The translations under genes and the position numbers were made by a program. Under the pieces are notes generated by a model. That model was given only the letters and a program-made list of their open reading frames with translations. It was not told where the DNA came from and made no database searches. This document shows, in pieces, positions 10,010-20,122 of a DNA stretch of 64,000 nt; the stretch's first letter is position 1, and the number at the start of each line of letters is the position of its first letter. The stretch is from positions 32,001 to 96,000 of IMG/VR virus record IMGVR_UViG_3300045120_000483; one strand, 5' to 3'. This DNA comes from a virus.

Positions 10010-10257
10010 TTTCCTACCCCCATAAAATGCTGAAGGGCCTCCCATGCTGCATAAAGAGCAACAGGAGCGCCAACAATCCAACCAGCCCAGATTCTAACTG
10101 AGGCCCATAACCACTCCATTCTTGCATCCGACTCCATAATCTTTCGAAGCTGTTCAACCTCTTTATGGGTAAGTGGCCGGTGATCATCGGGGTCTCCCTC
10201 ATATTTGTAGAATGGCCGATGAATTTCCGGATCGATACCCTTCTGTTCCTCAGTCAT
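10006..10257 (-). CDS. small protein with C-terminal TM helix (holin-like candidate)
   Basis: Helical segment followed by a single TM helix, in a late operon. Confidence 0.45.
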   Translation of the reverse strand: MTEEQKGIDPEIHRPFYKYEGDPDDHRPLTHKEVEQLRKIMESDARMEWLWASVRIWAGWIVGAPVALYAAWEALQHFMGVGK

Positions 10258-10456
10258 CCTGCGCATCCCCCTTAACAAAGGAAATGCCATTTTGTTCCAT
10301 AACTTTCTTTCTTTTTAAAAGAAAAGATGAAAACTTTCTACGCTTACCCAAAGCAGGATCATACATAGTCACCGGACCAGATGTGGAGGAACTAGCCCCG
10401 GCACTACAAGTTGGGGCGTCTTCGTTGATTTCTTTAGATTCGTCTAAGTGCATCAA
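10250..10456 (-). CDS. small late hypothetical protein
   Basis: INE protease-site-like motif; follows a conserved T4-like gene. Confidence 0.5.
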   Translation of the reverse strand: MMHLDESKEINEDAPTCSAGASSSTSGPVTMYDPALGKRRKFSSFLLKRKKVMEQNGISFVKGDAQDD

Positions 10457-10826
10457 TGATCCCCTGATCCATCCCGATTTCGTCGGTCCTTATTATTCCC
10501 TCTTCCGAAACATTCCTAATAAGCTCCACCATGATCCCCAAATAGACTAAGAAGGGTTTCAGAAGAGACATATGCTGAACCATTTTTAGGTAGAGAATTC
10601 TACATAATACCTCCGGAGAGAAGACATTATGTAGAACAATCAAATGGTTCAGTATCAGCCTATCTTTCAGTTCTCCTCTTTCTTGCCACCGGGTTAATAG
10701 TTTTTTAATGTACTTTATTCGGTTAACGTCTTCTAAAAATTCCTCCGTTGAGTGACACTGAGGATTGGAGTAGTTCTTGGCACAGTATAAAAGAAAATTA
10801 CGATCATTAAGGACTTCCATAATCAT
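10434..10826 (-). CDS. conserved T4-like myophage hypothetical protein
   Basis: NFLLY.AK.Y.NP.C..EF.ED..KY..L..RLILNH...NVF pattern typical of T4-like cyanophages and alphaproteobacterial phages. Confidence 0.75.
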   Translation of the reverse strand: MIMEVLNDRNFLLYCAKNYSNPQCHSTEEFLEDVNRIKYIKKLLTRWQERGELKDRLILNHLIVLHNVFSPEVLCRILYLKMVQHMSLLKPFLVYLGIMVELIRNVSEEGIIRTDEIGMDQGIIDALRRI

Positions 10827-11476
10827 GTAACTTTAATATGTAAAAGATCAACTCTATTAGAATATTCAGCTTTTGAGACTCTCAAAAAATTACCATTAAG
10901 GTCATGACAAGGTACTTTACCTTTGTATTTCAAACTATTTCCAGGTTTTAATTTTCCTTTATTACTATTACTAAGCTTAATCCGAAGTTCATCAGGACAA
11001 GCTTTCCCTTTTAAGGCTTTCGAAAGGTTTAAACAATGTATAATCGACCTCTCTTTTCCTTTCAGTTTATTTGCATATTTGTTAACCCTTTCGTCTTTTT
11101 CTTTTGTCAATCCTTTATTCCAAGGAATTTTTCCTTTATTCACCACCCCTTTGCTTGAAGCACTAATTTTTCTTTTTGTACTTTCATCACATTTTGCAAA
11201 ATTTCCACCACCAGCTAATCGTGTTAAATTATAGTATTTTTTTCCAAGTTCATTCGGATGTATCAGATTAAGCCATTTTTGTTCAATCTCTCTTATAGTA
11301 TCTTTTGTTTCAACGTATAATACTATCTTTCTCCTAAAGTCACTGGGTCTTCTTCTATATGAATTTAACATCCATTTTGAACTACATACATAACCATCAT
11401 TTTCCTCCCCCCAATGAGAACCTACATAATACATTCTTCGCTTCTTATCAAACCAAATATACACAAACCCGGACAT
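10823..11476 (-). CDS. Seg-like GIY-YIG homing endonuclease
   Basis: GFVY..YYVGSH.G..DGY..SS, E, YYN; PWNKG NUMOD repeats; AT-rich. Confidence 0.8.
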   Translation of the reverse strand: MSGFVYIWFDKKRRMYYVGSHWGEENDGYVCSSKWMLNSYRRRPSDFRRKIVLYVETKDTIREIEQKWLNLIHPNELGKKYYNLTRLAGGGNFAKCDESTKRKISASSKGVVNKGKIPWNKGLTKEKDERVNKYANKLKGKERSIIHCLNLSKALKGKACPDELRIKLSNSNKGKLKPGNSLKYKGKVPCHDLNGNFLRVSKAEYSNRVDLLHIKVT

Positions 11477-11794
11477 TTAAAAATCACTTAATGCTACACG
11501 CTTAAGAACGTTATTTCCAGTAGCAAAATAAAGATAGGCATCACTGAATAACAAAGTCCCGGCCCCCACATTTAAAGCCGTGGAATTAGCCGGGTCTGAA
11601 ATGGTGTTGGTAAAACCTAGATTGGCCGCTCTGATTTGAAGATTAGGGGTATTTGCCAGAAGATTGGCTAAGGTGATAATAGCCGTCTGAGCGGTAACAG
11701 AGTTGGCCGCATTATAGACAAAAAGGATTTTATCGGAAGTGTTTGCCGATGTCTTAACCGGCAACTCACTTGTTTTCTTGGTTGAGTCGGCCAC
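11477..11794 (-). CDS. putative virion structural protein
   Basis: N/A/T-rich; LY.AT..N..KRVAL..F C-terminus. Confidence 0.6.
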   Translation of the reverse strand: MADSTKKTSELPVKTSANTSDKILFVYNAANSVTAQTAIITLANLLANTPNLQIRAANLGFTNTISDPANSTALNVGAGTLLFSDAYLYFATGNNVLKRVALSDF

Positions 11795-11797
11795 GTA

Positions 11798-12652
11798 TTA
11801 TGCCTCAGGCAAAATAGAATTTGCCGACGATGCGGTGTTGTTGCTCTGCAATGAAGACATTTCTACTAGGCATTCGTAATGAACTCTACCCGCACGTCCT
11901 CCCAGGACAGAGACGTTTGCAGCCCCGCCAGTGGACGCCTGAAGATTAGCTAGCAAAGTAGCCGATGAACCGTTGGAAGCACCACCGTTGGCCGCCAGAA
12001 CCGCAATAACAACATCCGTATTCGCTTTGGTATTTGCGAAAAGTCCGACGTTGGTCAGAGTAATATCGACATTACCAAAGCCCCCAATGGAGTTAGTCAC
12101 CAAGGTGGCAGTGGCATTCACCGTTGCGTTACTTACTCTGATAGTATCGGTATTGTCATAACCCGAACCCCCAGTGACAGTCAGGTTCTTTAGAAGCTTC
12201 TCCCGCTGAAAAGCATAAACCAAACTGGAGTTGTTTGAAAAGATACCGGCCGCTCCGGTATTAACTGCCGCAGAGACAAGATTTCCGGTTGCATTGGTTG
12301 TTAGAACCACCGTTGCATCAGAAGTGCCGCCACTAATCTTAAGAGTGCTACCATTCGCAAAAAGAGCGCCGTTGGCGACCACTACCGTAACAATCGGGCC
12401 CTGACCTACCCGCCGAAGGTTCCAGCCCGGAGCGGTCACTTTTGACCCTTCTCCCGTAGTATTTGCCATTTTTGTCGGTGTTGCCGCCATCACCCCAATT
12501 GTCTGGGTATTAACAAAAGCATTAATGGTTGAATTAGCATACAATGCATCGTTATTGGCGCTTTGGTTTGTACGGCCCGAACCCTTATTCAGGCTCATTG
12601 CGACGAACTTTGGGGCGTTATTAACTAAATCTACACCTTTATAAATTGGCAT
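11798..12652 (-). CDS. putative virion structural protein
   Basis: N/A/T/G-rich repeats; GW and GGRAGRVHYE.LV motifs of T4-like structural proteins. Confidence 0.65.
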   Translation of the reverse strand: MPIYKGVDLVNNAPKFVAMSLNKGSGRTNQSANNDALYANSTINAFVNTQTIGVMAATPTKMANTTGEGSKVTAPGWNLRRVGQGPIVTVVVANGALFANGSTLKISGGTSDATVVLTTNATGNLVSAAVNTGAAGIFSNNSSLVYAFQREKLLKNLTVTGGSGYDNTDTIRVSNATVNATATLVTNSIGGFGNVDITLTNVGLFANTKANTDVVIAVLAANGGASNGSSATLLANLQASTGGAANVSVLGGRAGRVHYECLVEMSSLQSNNTASSANSILPEA

Positions 12653-12657
12653 TTTTC

Positions 12658-14403
12658 TTAAACTCCTGATTTCTTTTGTGTATTTATCATTTTGGATTCT
12701 ACATTTAGGGTACTAGCCGACTTCCCCGTCTTATGGACATGGGCAATGGCATCATCCTGATTCTTAAAGACTTTGACCGGTCCCCCTCCGCCCGGAACGG
12801 CATGATACTTACCCTTCCGAAGATGAACATGACCAATCAGAAGACGACCCTTTCGGATACCTAGCTCATTGAGAGTTTCTTCCTTAGTCAGAAGGGGATG
12901 ATGAAGACCATAGGTTCCATCGCGGCCTTTGGTAAGCTTTCCCCCTGATACCGGTTTGGGGCGGGCTCTTTTGACAATCGGCCCATGACCTTTCAACTTA
13001 TCCCGGGCATCCTTATAGGTCTTGTACTGTTGGGCGTGATCTTTCATCTCCGCTTCAGCATCTCTTTTTTCCTTGGCGGCGTCCGCATAACGACCCAGAT
13101 GATAGGCCCTCTGAGCCTGATTATGATGATAATCAGCAACTTTCTTTAGCTTATGATATTCATTTCCAGCCCTTCCGGTTGCCGCCCGGGCCTTATCACT
13201 AGCAGCTTCATACTTGTCTTCATGATGATTTTCGATATCACTTAATCGGCCCTTGCCGGTTAACTCCGAAAGGACATCCTCCTTCACATACTTCATTGCT
13301 TTTTCGTCCCATCTCTTACCCGGGAGTTTAGGCATAGCAAACGGGGGCTTGTCTTCTTTCTTATCATCTAACCGTTGGTTTTTGAAAGCATTATGAGCGG
13401 GCGTTACCTTCAGAAATAATCTCCGACCTTCTTCTAGCTCTTCCTTATTCAACCTCATGACATTCTGAGAATTCTGCTTCTGATGAGCCATCAACTTCAT
13501 CAGTTTCTTACTGATAACCGGAGGCTTCTTTGGGGTGATCCAGGAAGGCTTCTTCAGAAGACTTTCATCCACTGCTTCATCAAAATATCTTTTCTCCAGG
13601 TACTTCTTAATCACCGGTAGATGTTCCTTTAGTTTTTTAACTTCATGGTCGGGTGCTTTGTGAATATAATTGGCAAGATGTTTTTGAGCAAAAGTATGGT
13701 GTAAGGATGCAGCTTCCAAAGCCGCCTTATGCTCTGACTCCTTTTTCTGACGGGCCCTATCACTCATTTTTTTAGTATTAAGTTCATGGTGAATATACTT
13801 GGCAAGACCATGCATCTCTTCGGATTGGGTGTTATGTTTCTCAAATTCTTTGACATGTTCATCGGACGTATAGCTACCCATCTTCTTGGAGTTTAGAGCG
13901 GACTCCGAAAGCCGGTAGTGTTCCATGACCCGCTCAACGACGGTTTTCTTTTTGTCAAGAAGGACTTCCGAATCCTTTGCGGTCGGGTCAAGGATCACCG
14001 GGGTCTTACCTCCCAACTTAACCTTATCATCCTTTTTGGCTTCTTCTTCTTTCATCGTATTCTTTGTCATCTTTCGTAAGGCTAAGTTCATGGAATTCTT
14101 TCGTTTATTTAGCTTTTGGGCGGCATATTCCGGGTTGTCCTTCAGGTTCTTATTCCGCAGACCGGCATGAACGATATAGGGACCCAACCGCTGATTTGAC
14201 ATTTCATTGATATTTTCGGCTGTTTTATGAGTTTTCACCAACCATTCAACGGCATCTTTTTTGGATGGATGATCCCTTTTTAAATTCCAATGAATAGACC
14301 GGGCATCCCAACCTTTTTTTCTAGGTTCAAAAATATTTCCTATATGCTTTCCATTGTATCTGACATTATGGACCGACCCGTCTTGTACTATCTTTACACT
14401 CAT
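12658..14403 (-). CDS. large basic virion-internal protein with multiple prohead-protease-like sites
   Basis: K/H-rich, with repeated (L/I/V)xE sites: INE, LSE, VDE, LEE, LSE, LNE. Confidence 0.6.
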   Translation of the reverse strand: MSVKIVQDGSVHNVRYNGKHIGNIFEPRKKGWDARSIHWNLKRDHPSKKDAVEWLVKTHKTAENINEMSNQRLGPYIVHAGLRNKNLKDNPEYAAQKLNKRKNSMNLALRKMTKNTMKEEEAKKDDKVKLGGKTPVILDPTAKDSEVLLDKKKTVVERVMEHYRLSESALNSKKMGSYTSDEHVKEFEKHNTQSEEMHGLAKYIHHELNTKKMSDRARQKKESEHKAALEAASLHHTFAQKHLANYIHKAPDHEVKKLKEHLPVIKKYLEKRYFDEAVDESLLKKPSWITPKKPPVISKKLMKLMAHQKQNSQNVMRLNKEELEEGRRLFLKVTPAHNAFKNQRLDDKKEDKPPFAMPKLPGKRWDEKAMKYVKEDVLSELTGKGRLSDIENHHEDKYEAASDKARAATGRAGNEYHKLKKVADYHHNQAQRAYHLGRYADAAKEKRDAEAEMKDHAQQYKTYKDARDKLKGHGPIVKRARPKPVSGGKLTKGRDGTYGLHHPLLTKEETLNELGIRKGRLLIGHVHLRKGKYHAVPGGGGPVKVFKNQDDAIAHVHKTGKSASTLNVESKMINTQKKSGV

Positions 14404-14939
14404 TGTTTCTTAATCAACTTTCGTATTGTTTTCAAGGTCTTAGAGCCTTGTCCGGGGGTGTCGTTTCGGTAATTCTTTAGAAGTTCGGGACTACCGGTCA
14501 TGCGACGGGAGGACATCATTTCCATCTCTGTTAAGTCCCGATCAATATCCGCCCCGGCCAAAAAGCTATTGACCCGGTTGAATGCCACATTTTCAGGTGT
14601 TAAATGGGAGGGACAATCTTGATTCAGACCCCTATTATAAACTTCCATAATGATTTCAAGAGGATAACCATGCTTATCCGCCTTGGCTTTTAGATTATCC
14701 AGGGCTTCCCGACGCATGTTATCCGCAAGCAAATCAACCCGCAGTCGCGAATACAACTGAGGGTCCTTCAGGACATATTTTACAAGAGTTTCAAGGACCT
14801 CCGCCGCAAGGTCCCGGGTATAGGAATTGTTAAAAGATGAGCGGGGGTTGGTCAGAACTTGCCGATAATAGGCAATTCGGGAAATATTTTTTGCAAGTCC
14901 AGCCTGAAGTAATGCCGTTATTTTACCGTCTTGTGCCAT
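14400..14939 (-). CDS. conserved late hypothetical protein
   Basis: L..KA...G....I..EVY.RG..AF.RVNSF motif; TAAATA upstream at about 14984. Confidence 0.65.
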   Translation of the reverse strand: MAQDGKITALLQAGLAKNISRIAYYRQVLTNPRSSFNNSYTRDLAAEVLETLVKYVLKDPQLYSRLRVDLLADNMRREALDNLKAKADKHGYPLEIIMEVYNRGLNQDCPSHLTPENVAFNRVNSFLAGADIDRDLTEMEMMSSRRMTGSPELLKNYRNDTPGQGSKTLKTIRKLIKKQ

Positions 14940-15203
14940 CTCTAGGGTTGCCGTAGCCTTATCTAGGGGGTCAAATTTCCTATTATTTATGAAATCTAGC
15001 CTTTTCAGCTAGATACCATGGATAACTAAGAAAATTACGACAACCCAAAGAGCTACTATTGCTAGTTGCAAAGCCCACTGAGGATCATTTGGACGTGTAC
15101 TCATTTCACCCTATCCCTTTTTTAATTATTTATGGCATTTTGCTATTGACAGGGAAATGGCATTTCTGTATAGTCGGGAAATCGGAAACAGGAGGAACAC
15201 CCC

Positions 15204-15479
15204 ATGGCTCTCAAGGTACCGACCATTCACCTCAATGGCACTTCCAAGAAAGACCTGTTGGATGGCTATAAGGCGGCCTATCTGGCAGTCGGGGAAGCCC
15301 TTGATAAGCTTCAACAAACGGTCCCGCATGGTCGGGATTACTACGTCCAGGGTTCAGCAAGTTCTATCCAAGAGGCAATTGCTGAACATGTGGTCCGTTG
15401 GACCAAGCTGGATGATGTTCGGAAGGAGTTACTGGAGATCGCCATCGCCATTCAAGACCAGGGAAAGGACCGGTCATGA
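15204..15479 (+). CDS. early hypothetical protein
   Basis: TTGACA-17-TATAGT promoter at 15146; AGGAGG RBS. Confidence 0.7.
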   Translation: MALKVPTIHLNGTSKKDLLDGYKAAYLAVGEALDKLQQTVPHGRDYYVQGSASSIQEAIAEHVVRWTKLDDVRKELLEIAIAIQDQGKDRS

Positions 15480-15742
15480 ACAAGTTCCCGATGAAGCTCA
15501 AGGTCACAGAACTGAAGCTGGGAGATGTTGTTGCCCTGGAATTCAATGGGGGGCCCTGGAACCATGCCATCGTGAGAAACATAACCAAAACTGATGTGGT
15601 CCTTTGGCGGCCCTACGGGACTACCACCAATTTCTCCTATACGGGAGGGGTCATCTGCCTTATCGGGGTGGAGGATAATATCGACTATTCTCTGACAACT
15701 GACCAAATCTTTGAAGTTGTCCAGCGGACGGAGTTGAAATAA
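15476..15742 (+). CDS. hypothetical protein
   Basis: ATGA coupling to the upstream gene. Confidence 0.65.
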   Translation: MNKFPMKLKVTELKLGDVVALEFNGGPWNHAIVRNITKTDVVLWRPYGTTTNFSYTGGVICLIGVEDNIDYSLTTDQIFEVVQRTELK

Positions 15743-16008
15743 TGATCGTGATTCTCAATAAAGAAAATTTATTGAAAGAACTACAAAAGCCCTATCGGGT
15801 CTTCGTAGAGGTCAAGAATGTGTGGATGGAAAGTAGATTTACTGGGTTAGGGGCGAAATATCCGCTAGGGTTTCAGGTTCCGAAAGGAGCAACAATTGAG
15901 CTAATTAAAACACACGTCCTTGACGATGCTCTATTCCGGGTCTGCATCGAAAATAATATCTATGTTCGCGTACCCAAAGATACCCTTACGTTCCTGGGAC
16001 ACATCTAG
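15742..16008 (+). CDS. hypothetical protein
   Basis: TAATG coupling. Confidence 0.55.
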   Translation: MIVILNKENLLKELQKPYRVFVEVKNVWMESRFTGLGAKYPLGFQVPKGATIELIKTHVLDDALFRVCIENNIYVRVPKDTLTFLGHI

Positions 16009-16207
16009 ACACCCGCTTCCGAAATTCAAAAATGGAGTTCCGGAGGGCCCGGAAGGCATCATTAAGACTGTCCCGGTCCCCATCATCAAGGTCCAGGACC
16101 TCTTCGTGAGTCCGCAGGACAGTATCAAAAACCTTCATCAGGTGTTCGGCATCAATTGCCAGATATTCAGCAAATTCAAGGGCATAGTCTTTGTTGTCTC
16201 TTGACAT
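15986..16207 (-). CDS. hypothetical protein
   Basis: Helical ORF at the end of the minus-strand operon. Confidence 0.55.
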   Translation of the reverse strand: MSRDNKDYALEFAEYLAIDAEHLMKVFDTVLRTHEEVLDLDDGDRDSLNDAFRALRNSIFEFRKRVSRCVPGT

Positions 16208-16394
16208 AATTTAATTTTTTCCTAATCTCTTTTCGGTCAATTTCCCAGGAGGAAACAGCCTCTTCAACCTCTGAATTATCGGGGTACTTTTCTCTCAGGT
16301 CTATGATTGCTTCATCAATCTCTCTAAGAGTTTGTTCGGCCCGGACAATCCGTTGTTTCCGGGTCAGGACATAATCATCAAGACAGACCACCAT
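16176..16394 (-). CDS. hypothetical protein
   Basis: Abuts the upstream stop codon. Confidence 0.55.
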   Translation of the reverse strand: MVVCLDDYVLTRKQRIVRAEQTLREIDEAIIDLREKYPDNSEVEEAVSSWEIDRKEIRKKLNYVKRQQRLCP

Positions 16395-18227
16395 TTACTT
16401 CTTTCCTTTGGCCTGTTTCAGAGCAGTTCGCATTGTGACAAACATCCTCTTGGCCTTATTGTCATCTAGGTTAGCCGGGGCATTCTTTCGGAAAGCTGGG
16501 AAGTCATTAGCCGCTACGGCCCGACGCTGTTTACTGGCGGACACTCCCCCAATTTCCTTGCTAGCCGGGTCTCTGTCCCCTCCGGAGACAATATTAATCT
16601 TTGAAAAATGGAACAATTTACCGGGCTCCGGTCCATTATATTTCGCCACAAGCTTCTTATAGTCCGCAACCCGGTCGGAACCCGCCATAATCGTCAAATG
16701 TTTAACCCCCGAATGATGCATATGCTTCAACTGGGCGACAAGAGTGGCTTTATCGGGACCTGCGACCGCAACATCAGCCTTCGGAAACATACTTTTAAGC
16801 CATTTCAGTTTATCGGCCGGGGACAAGGGGTTTTTCTTATCTCCCTGAGAGCCTGAGGCGACCACTGATAACTTTCCGCCGGTTTTGGTAGCTATCCTAC
16901 CCCCCTGATCAATTAATTGCCTGTGGCCCTCTGTGGGCGGATTAAAACGGCCCCAAACCAGGACGGTCGGGTTATCGGATGGATTGACCTTCGCATTCCA
17001 GTCAAAATTAGCCGCAGAGAAATGATTTCGATCCACCAGCTTGACGGGCTCATGATTTAGAGAAGCAACAAACCCCTCTGGTTTTGACTTGTTTCCTAGG
17101 ATAGTCTCATCGTAAGGAGACTTGTGAGATAAAGTATCCACAAGCACGTTTTTAGCATTTTGAAGGTGTTTATGAGCCATAAACAGAGATTTGAAAGTAT
17201 CTTCATTCCCCAAAACATTCTTAATCTCCGTATTCAAGTTAGATTTCAAGTTAGATTTACCTGAATCGGTCTTCAGGTCCTCCATTTTACTATTCATTTG
17301 CTTTCGAAGGAAGCTGATATAGCCTGAAACTGTATTTTCTTTCCGATTCTTTACCGCATCATTGATATAGGCCAGAAGGGTCTTTTCATGGTTCCGAACC
17401 GGCTCATGATCCGGAATTTTAGAAAAGACCTTTCGGGCCTTGGTCAGAGCATCACTGAACTTCTTCTGATCCCCGGGCGGATAGTAAAAATTCCCCCCCA
17501 CCTTGGTATTGAACAAATGGACATCTGGAGAATCCTTAAAAGCCCCATGATCAAATTTATATTTGGCTTTTAGAGTTCCATCCATTTCGGGTTCATAAGT
17601 GGTATGGGGGGCAATCCCGATCTTCGAATCAGCTATTTTCCTGCCCTCCGCTGAGCCCTTCGGAACATGATAGGAAAGGGTATTGGGAGAGAATGAATAA
17701 TGGGAATTGTTAGCAACACCAACATCCTCCGCCGTGTACATCAGATCACCCTGATAAACGCCTTCCTTGGGGGTTATCCCCTTCAGGTGCTTCAGAGCAT
17801 TCTTGAGCTTCTTAACCAGACCCGGGCTCTTTCCATGATTGGCCTCAATATCCTTATCCGAAAAGTTGATTTTTGGGCTCTTGTTGAAAAAAGCCTTGGT
17901 GCCTACAAAGAACTTTTTAGTTTCGGGGTGATGTCCCCAGACCAAAGAAGGGCTTCCGTCCATCTTTGTCGTCAAATTAAACTTATCGTTCTTCTTGCCG
18001 GTCAGAAAATTATGAGTATGGGTCAGAAATTCTGAAGCCTTACTCAGACCATCGGGGTGACGGATTAGCAGGTCTTCAGCATGATCTAAGTGCTGGTTTT
18101 TGGAAGATTTCTTCTCTTCCCTGGCTCCTTCGGTGAGAAGTTCGGCATCCTCAAAGATAGCCGAAAAATCCGGATCGACTAGAACGCCCTCCGGGAATAA
18201 ATGGGTGATTTCATGTAATAATTTCAT
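16395..18227 (-). CDS. RNA-ligase-fold domain (DUF6267-like) fused to a cytidylyltransferase-like nucleotidyltransferase
   Basis: N-domain TKMDG, QGDL, PEGFV, VKLVDR; C-domain GRFNPPTEGH, GSDR, SASK.R. Confidence 0.75.
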   Translation of the reverse strand: MKLLHEITHLFPEGVLVDPDFSAIFEDAELLTEGAREEKKSSKNQHLDHAEDLLIRHPDGLSKASEFLTHTHNFLTGKKNDKFNLTTKMDGSPSLVWGHHPETKKFFVGTKAFFNKSPKINFSDKDIEANHGKSPGLVKKLKNALKHLKGITPKEGVYQGDLMYTAEDVGVANNSHYSFSPNTLSYHVPKGSAEGRKIADSKIGIAPHTTYEPEMDGTLKAKYKFDHGAFKDSPDVHLFNTKVGGNFYYPPGDQKKFSDALTKARKVFSKIPDHEPVRNHEKTLLAYINDAVKNRKENTVSGYISFLRKQMNSKMEDLKTDSGKSNLKSNLNTEIKNVLGNEDTFKSLFMAHKHLQNAKNVLVDTLSHKSPYDETILGNKSKPEGFVASLNHEPVKLVDRNHFSAANFDWNAKVNPSDNPTVLVWGRFNPPTEGHRQLIDQGGRIATKTGGKLSVVASGSQGDKKNPLSPADKLKWLKSMFPKADVAVAGPDKATLVAQLKHMHHSGVKHLTIMAGSDRVADYKKLVAKYNGPEPGKLFHFSKINIVSGGDRDPASKEIGGVSASKQRRAVAANDFPAFRKNAPANLDDNKAKRMFVTMRTALKQAKGKK

Positions 18228-18239
18228 CAAATATTTATC

Positions 18240-19601
18240 TCATTTGATCCCGGCAAATAACCCTTTCAGGACTTCCTTCCCGGCATCCATTACCGGGACA
18301 CTATCCTTTTCGGGTTTAATGTCGGCAGAAACATCAAAAAGTCGCATCTTATCCAGGTCCAAACCCAGATGAAACCTCAAATAGTAGTCCTTACGATTGT
18401 AGCGATTCTTAATTTGTTTGATAAAAACCTGTTTCAGAGCATCAAGCTCTTCCGTTCGAACAATTGCCAGAATAATATCAGCGGCGGCGGCAAGACCAAA
18501 GGATTCAGAGATATGATGCATCTCCGGTTCAGAACTCTTAAACCCCTCCCTATTGAACTGAGTGGCAGAAACAATGGGAACGTTAAACTCCTTGGCCAAC
18601 CCCCTGATCTCTTGAGCAATGGCCTGAACATATTCATAGAGACCGACGTTACCAGAAAGTTTAATTCGGGAGGACTTGCAGATATTTAGATAGTCGATGT
18701 AGATGATATCCGGAACAAACTTCTTCTTCAACTTCAATTCATTGAGAAGATGACGAAAATTATCGGCCCCCGCCGTTGCTTCATTGTACTCCTGAATAAT
18801 CAGCTTACCGGGAGTCTTGTCCCACACCTTCTTGATCTTATTATGAAAAGCCGCCTTATCCAGCTTAACAAGATCATTCAGGGCAACATCCATCAGATTG
18901 GCATCGATACGCTCCGCAATAAGCTGTTCGGCCATCTCCATAGTAATGTAGAGGACATTAAATCCCCTGACCAAATTAGCAGCCGCCATATGACACATGA
19001 ACAGCGACTTACCGAAACCAACACCCCCCATAAGAATATTAAGGGTCTTTCGAATCAGACCCCCCTTGGTAATCTTGTTCATAATCTCTAAATCAAAGGG
19101 GATACGAACATGCTTTTCATGAAAAAATGAGTGTCGATCTTCCCAATCTTCAAAATAGTCATGACCAATATGAGAATCAAAAGAAACAGCTAGAGCATCC
19201 GACAAGATTTGGGGGATAGCTCCCCGCCCCAGCGTGTTACCCTTTTTGTTCTCCATAATCGACATGGCCTTGTACAGACCATTCTCAATCGCCTTATCCT
19301 GACAGAACTTCTCTGAGGCATTGACCAACCAATCCAACTCAAGCTTCTTACCGTCATAGGTGTCAACAATAACCTGACAACCCTTGGCGGTTTCTTCCGT
19401 CAGGTCCCGTCGATTATCAATTTCAATCTTGACGGCCTGAAGCTCCGGAGACTTATTATACTTATTGACATAATCCCGGATGACCTCAAAGGCTATCCGT
19501 TCGGAACGATCATGAAAATATTCCGGTTGAATATGAGGAAGAACTTTTCGGGAGAAATCTTCATTCGAAATCAGATTGTGAAGTATAGTTTGTTCGATCA
19601 A
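18240..19601 (-). CDS. gp41: replicative DNA helicase (T4 gp41-like)
   Basis: GVGFGKS Walker A, ITMEMAE, IDYLNI, SATQ.NR, SESFGL, KNRY. Confidence 0.95.
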   Translation of the reverse strand: MIEQTILHNLISNEDFSRKVLPHIQPEYFHDRSERIAFEVIRDYVNKYNKSPELQAVKIEIDNRRDLTEETAKGCQVIVDTYDGKKLELDWLVNASEKFCQDKAIENGLYKAMSIMENKKGNTLGRGAIPQILSDALAVSFDSHIGHDYFEDWEDRHSFFHEKHVRIPFDLEIMNKITKGGLIRKTLNILMGGVGFGKSLFMCHMAAANLVRGFNVLYITMEMAEQLIAERIDANLMDVALNDLVKLDKAAFHNKIKKVWDKTPGKLIIQEYNEATAGADNFRHLLNELKLKKKFVPDIIYIDYLNICKSSRIKLSGNVGLYEYVQAIAQEIRGLAKEFNVPIVSATQFNREGFKSSEPEMHHISESFGLAAAADIILAIVRTEELDALKQVFIKQIKNRYNRKDYYLRFHLGLDLDKMRLFDVSADIKPEKDSVPVMDAGKEVLKGLFAGIK

Positions 19602-20095
19602 TTTTGGGGAATTTCCTCTCTAGAAAGAACATAAACAACCGGTTCGGCATGAAACATCGACTCCTGAATGATCTCTGAAATGATCTTCCAATCGCCGCCC
19701 CCTAGACCGGCCCCGATCTTTGGCATTGCCACGGCCGTAAAAGCGGGACCTCCAAAGTTTCCATCATAACAGAACGTGTTCAAACGCCTCATACATTCCC
19801 GAATGGCATTGTAATCAACATACTGTTTGTTTTGACGACCATAGAATTCTTGTGTGATGCAGTTCGCAATTGCCTTACCGCCCGAATAAGCAAAGATGAT
19901 ATCCCCCGGAACGAAAGGAGTTGTATCTTTAAATTCCATTATTTTTTGGGCGTAAGTTCTATAGGCAGATGGAAAAGCTTGTTTGATAGCTAAGGCGACT
20001 CCGGCCCCCATCACACCTTGAGCATTACAGCCATGAGCTATTATCGGCTCCGGAGCTTTTGTCAAATTCCCCACAACATATCGAATATTTGTCAT
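19598..20095 (-). CDS. macrodomain protein (T4 Tk.4-like)
   Basis: IAHGCNAQGVMGAGVA and MPKIGAGLGGGDW. Confidence 0.88.
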   Translation of the reverse strand: MTNIRYVVGNLTKAPEPIIAHGCNAQGVMGAGVALAIKQAFPSAYRTYAQKIMEFKDTTPFVPGDIIFAYSGGKAIANCITQEFYGRQNKQYVDYNAIRECMRRLNTFCYDGNFGGPAFTAVAMPKIGAGLGGGDWKIISEIIQESMFHAEPVVYVLSREEIPQN

Positions 20096-20122
20096 ACACT
20101 TCTCCAAAACGACAAGTGTAGA

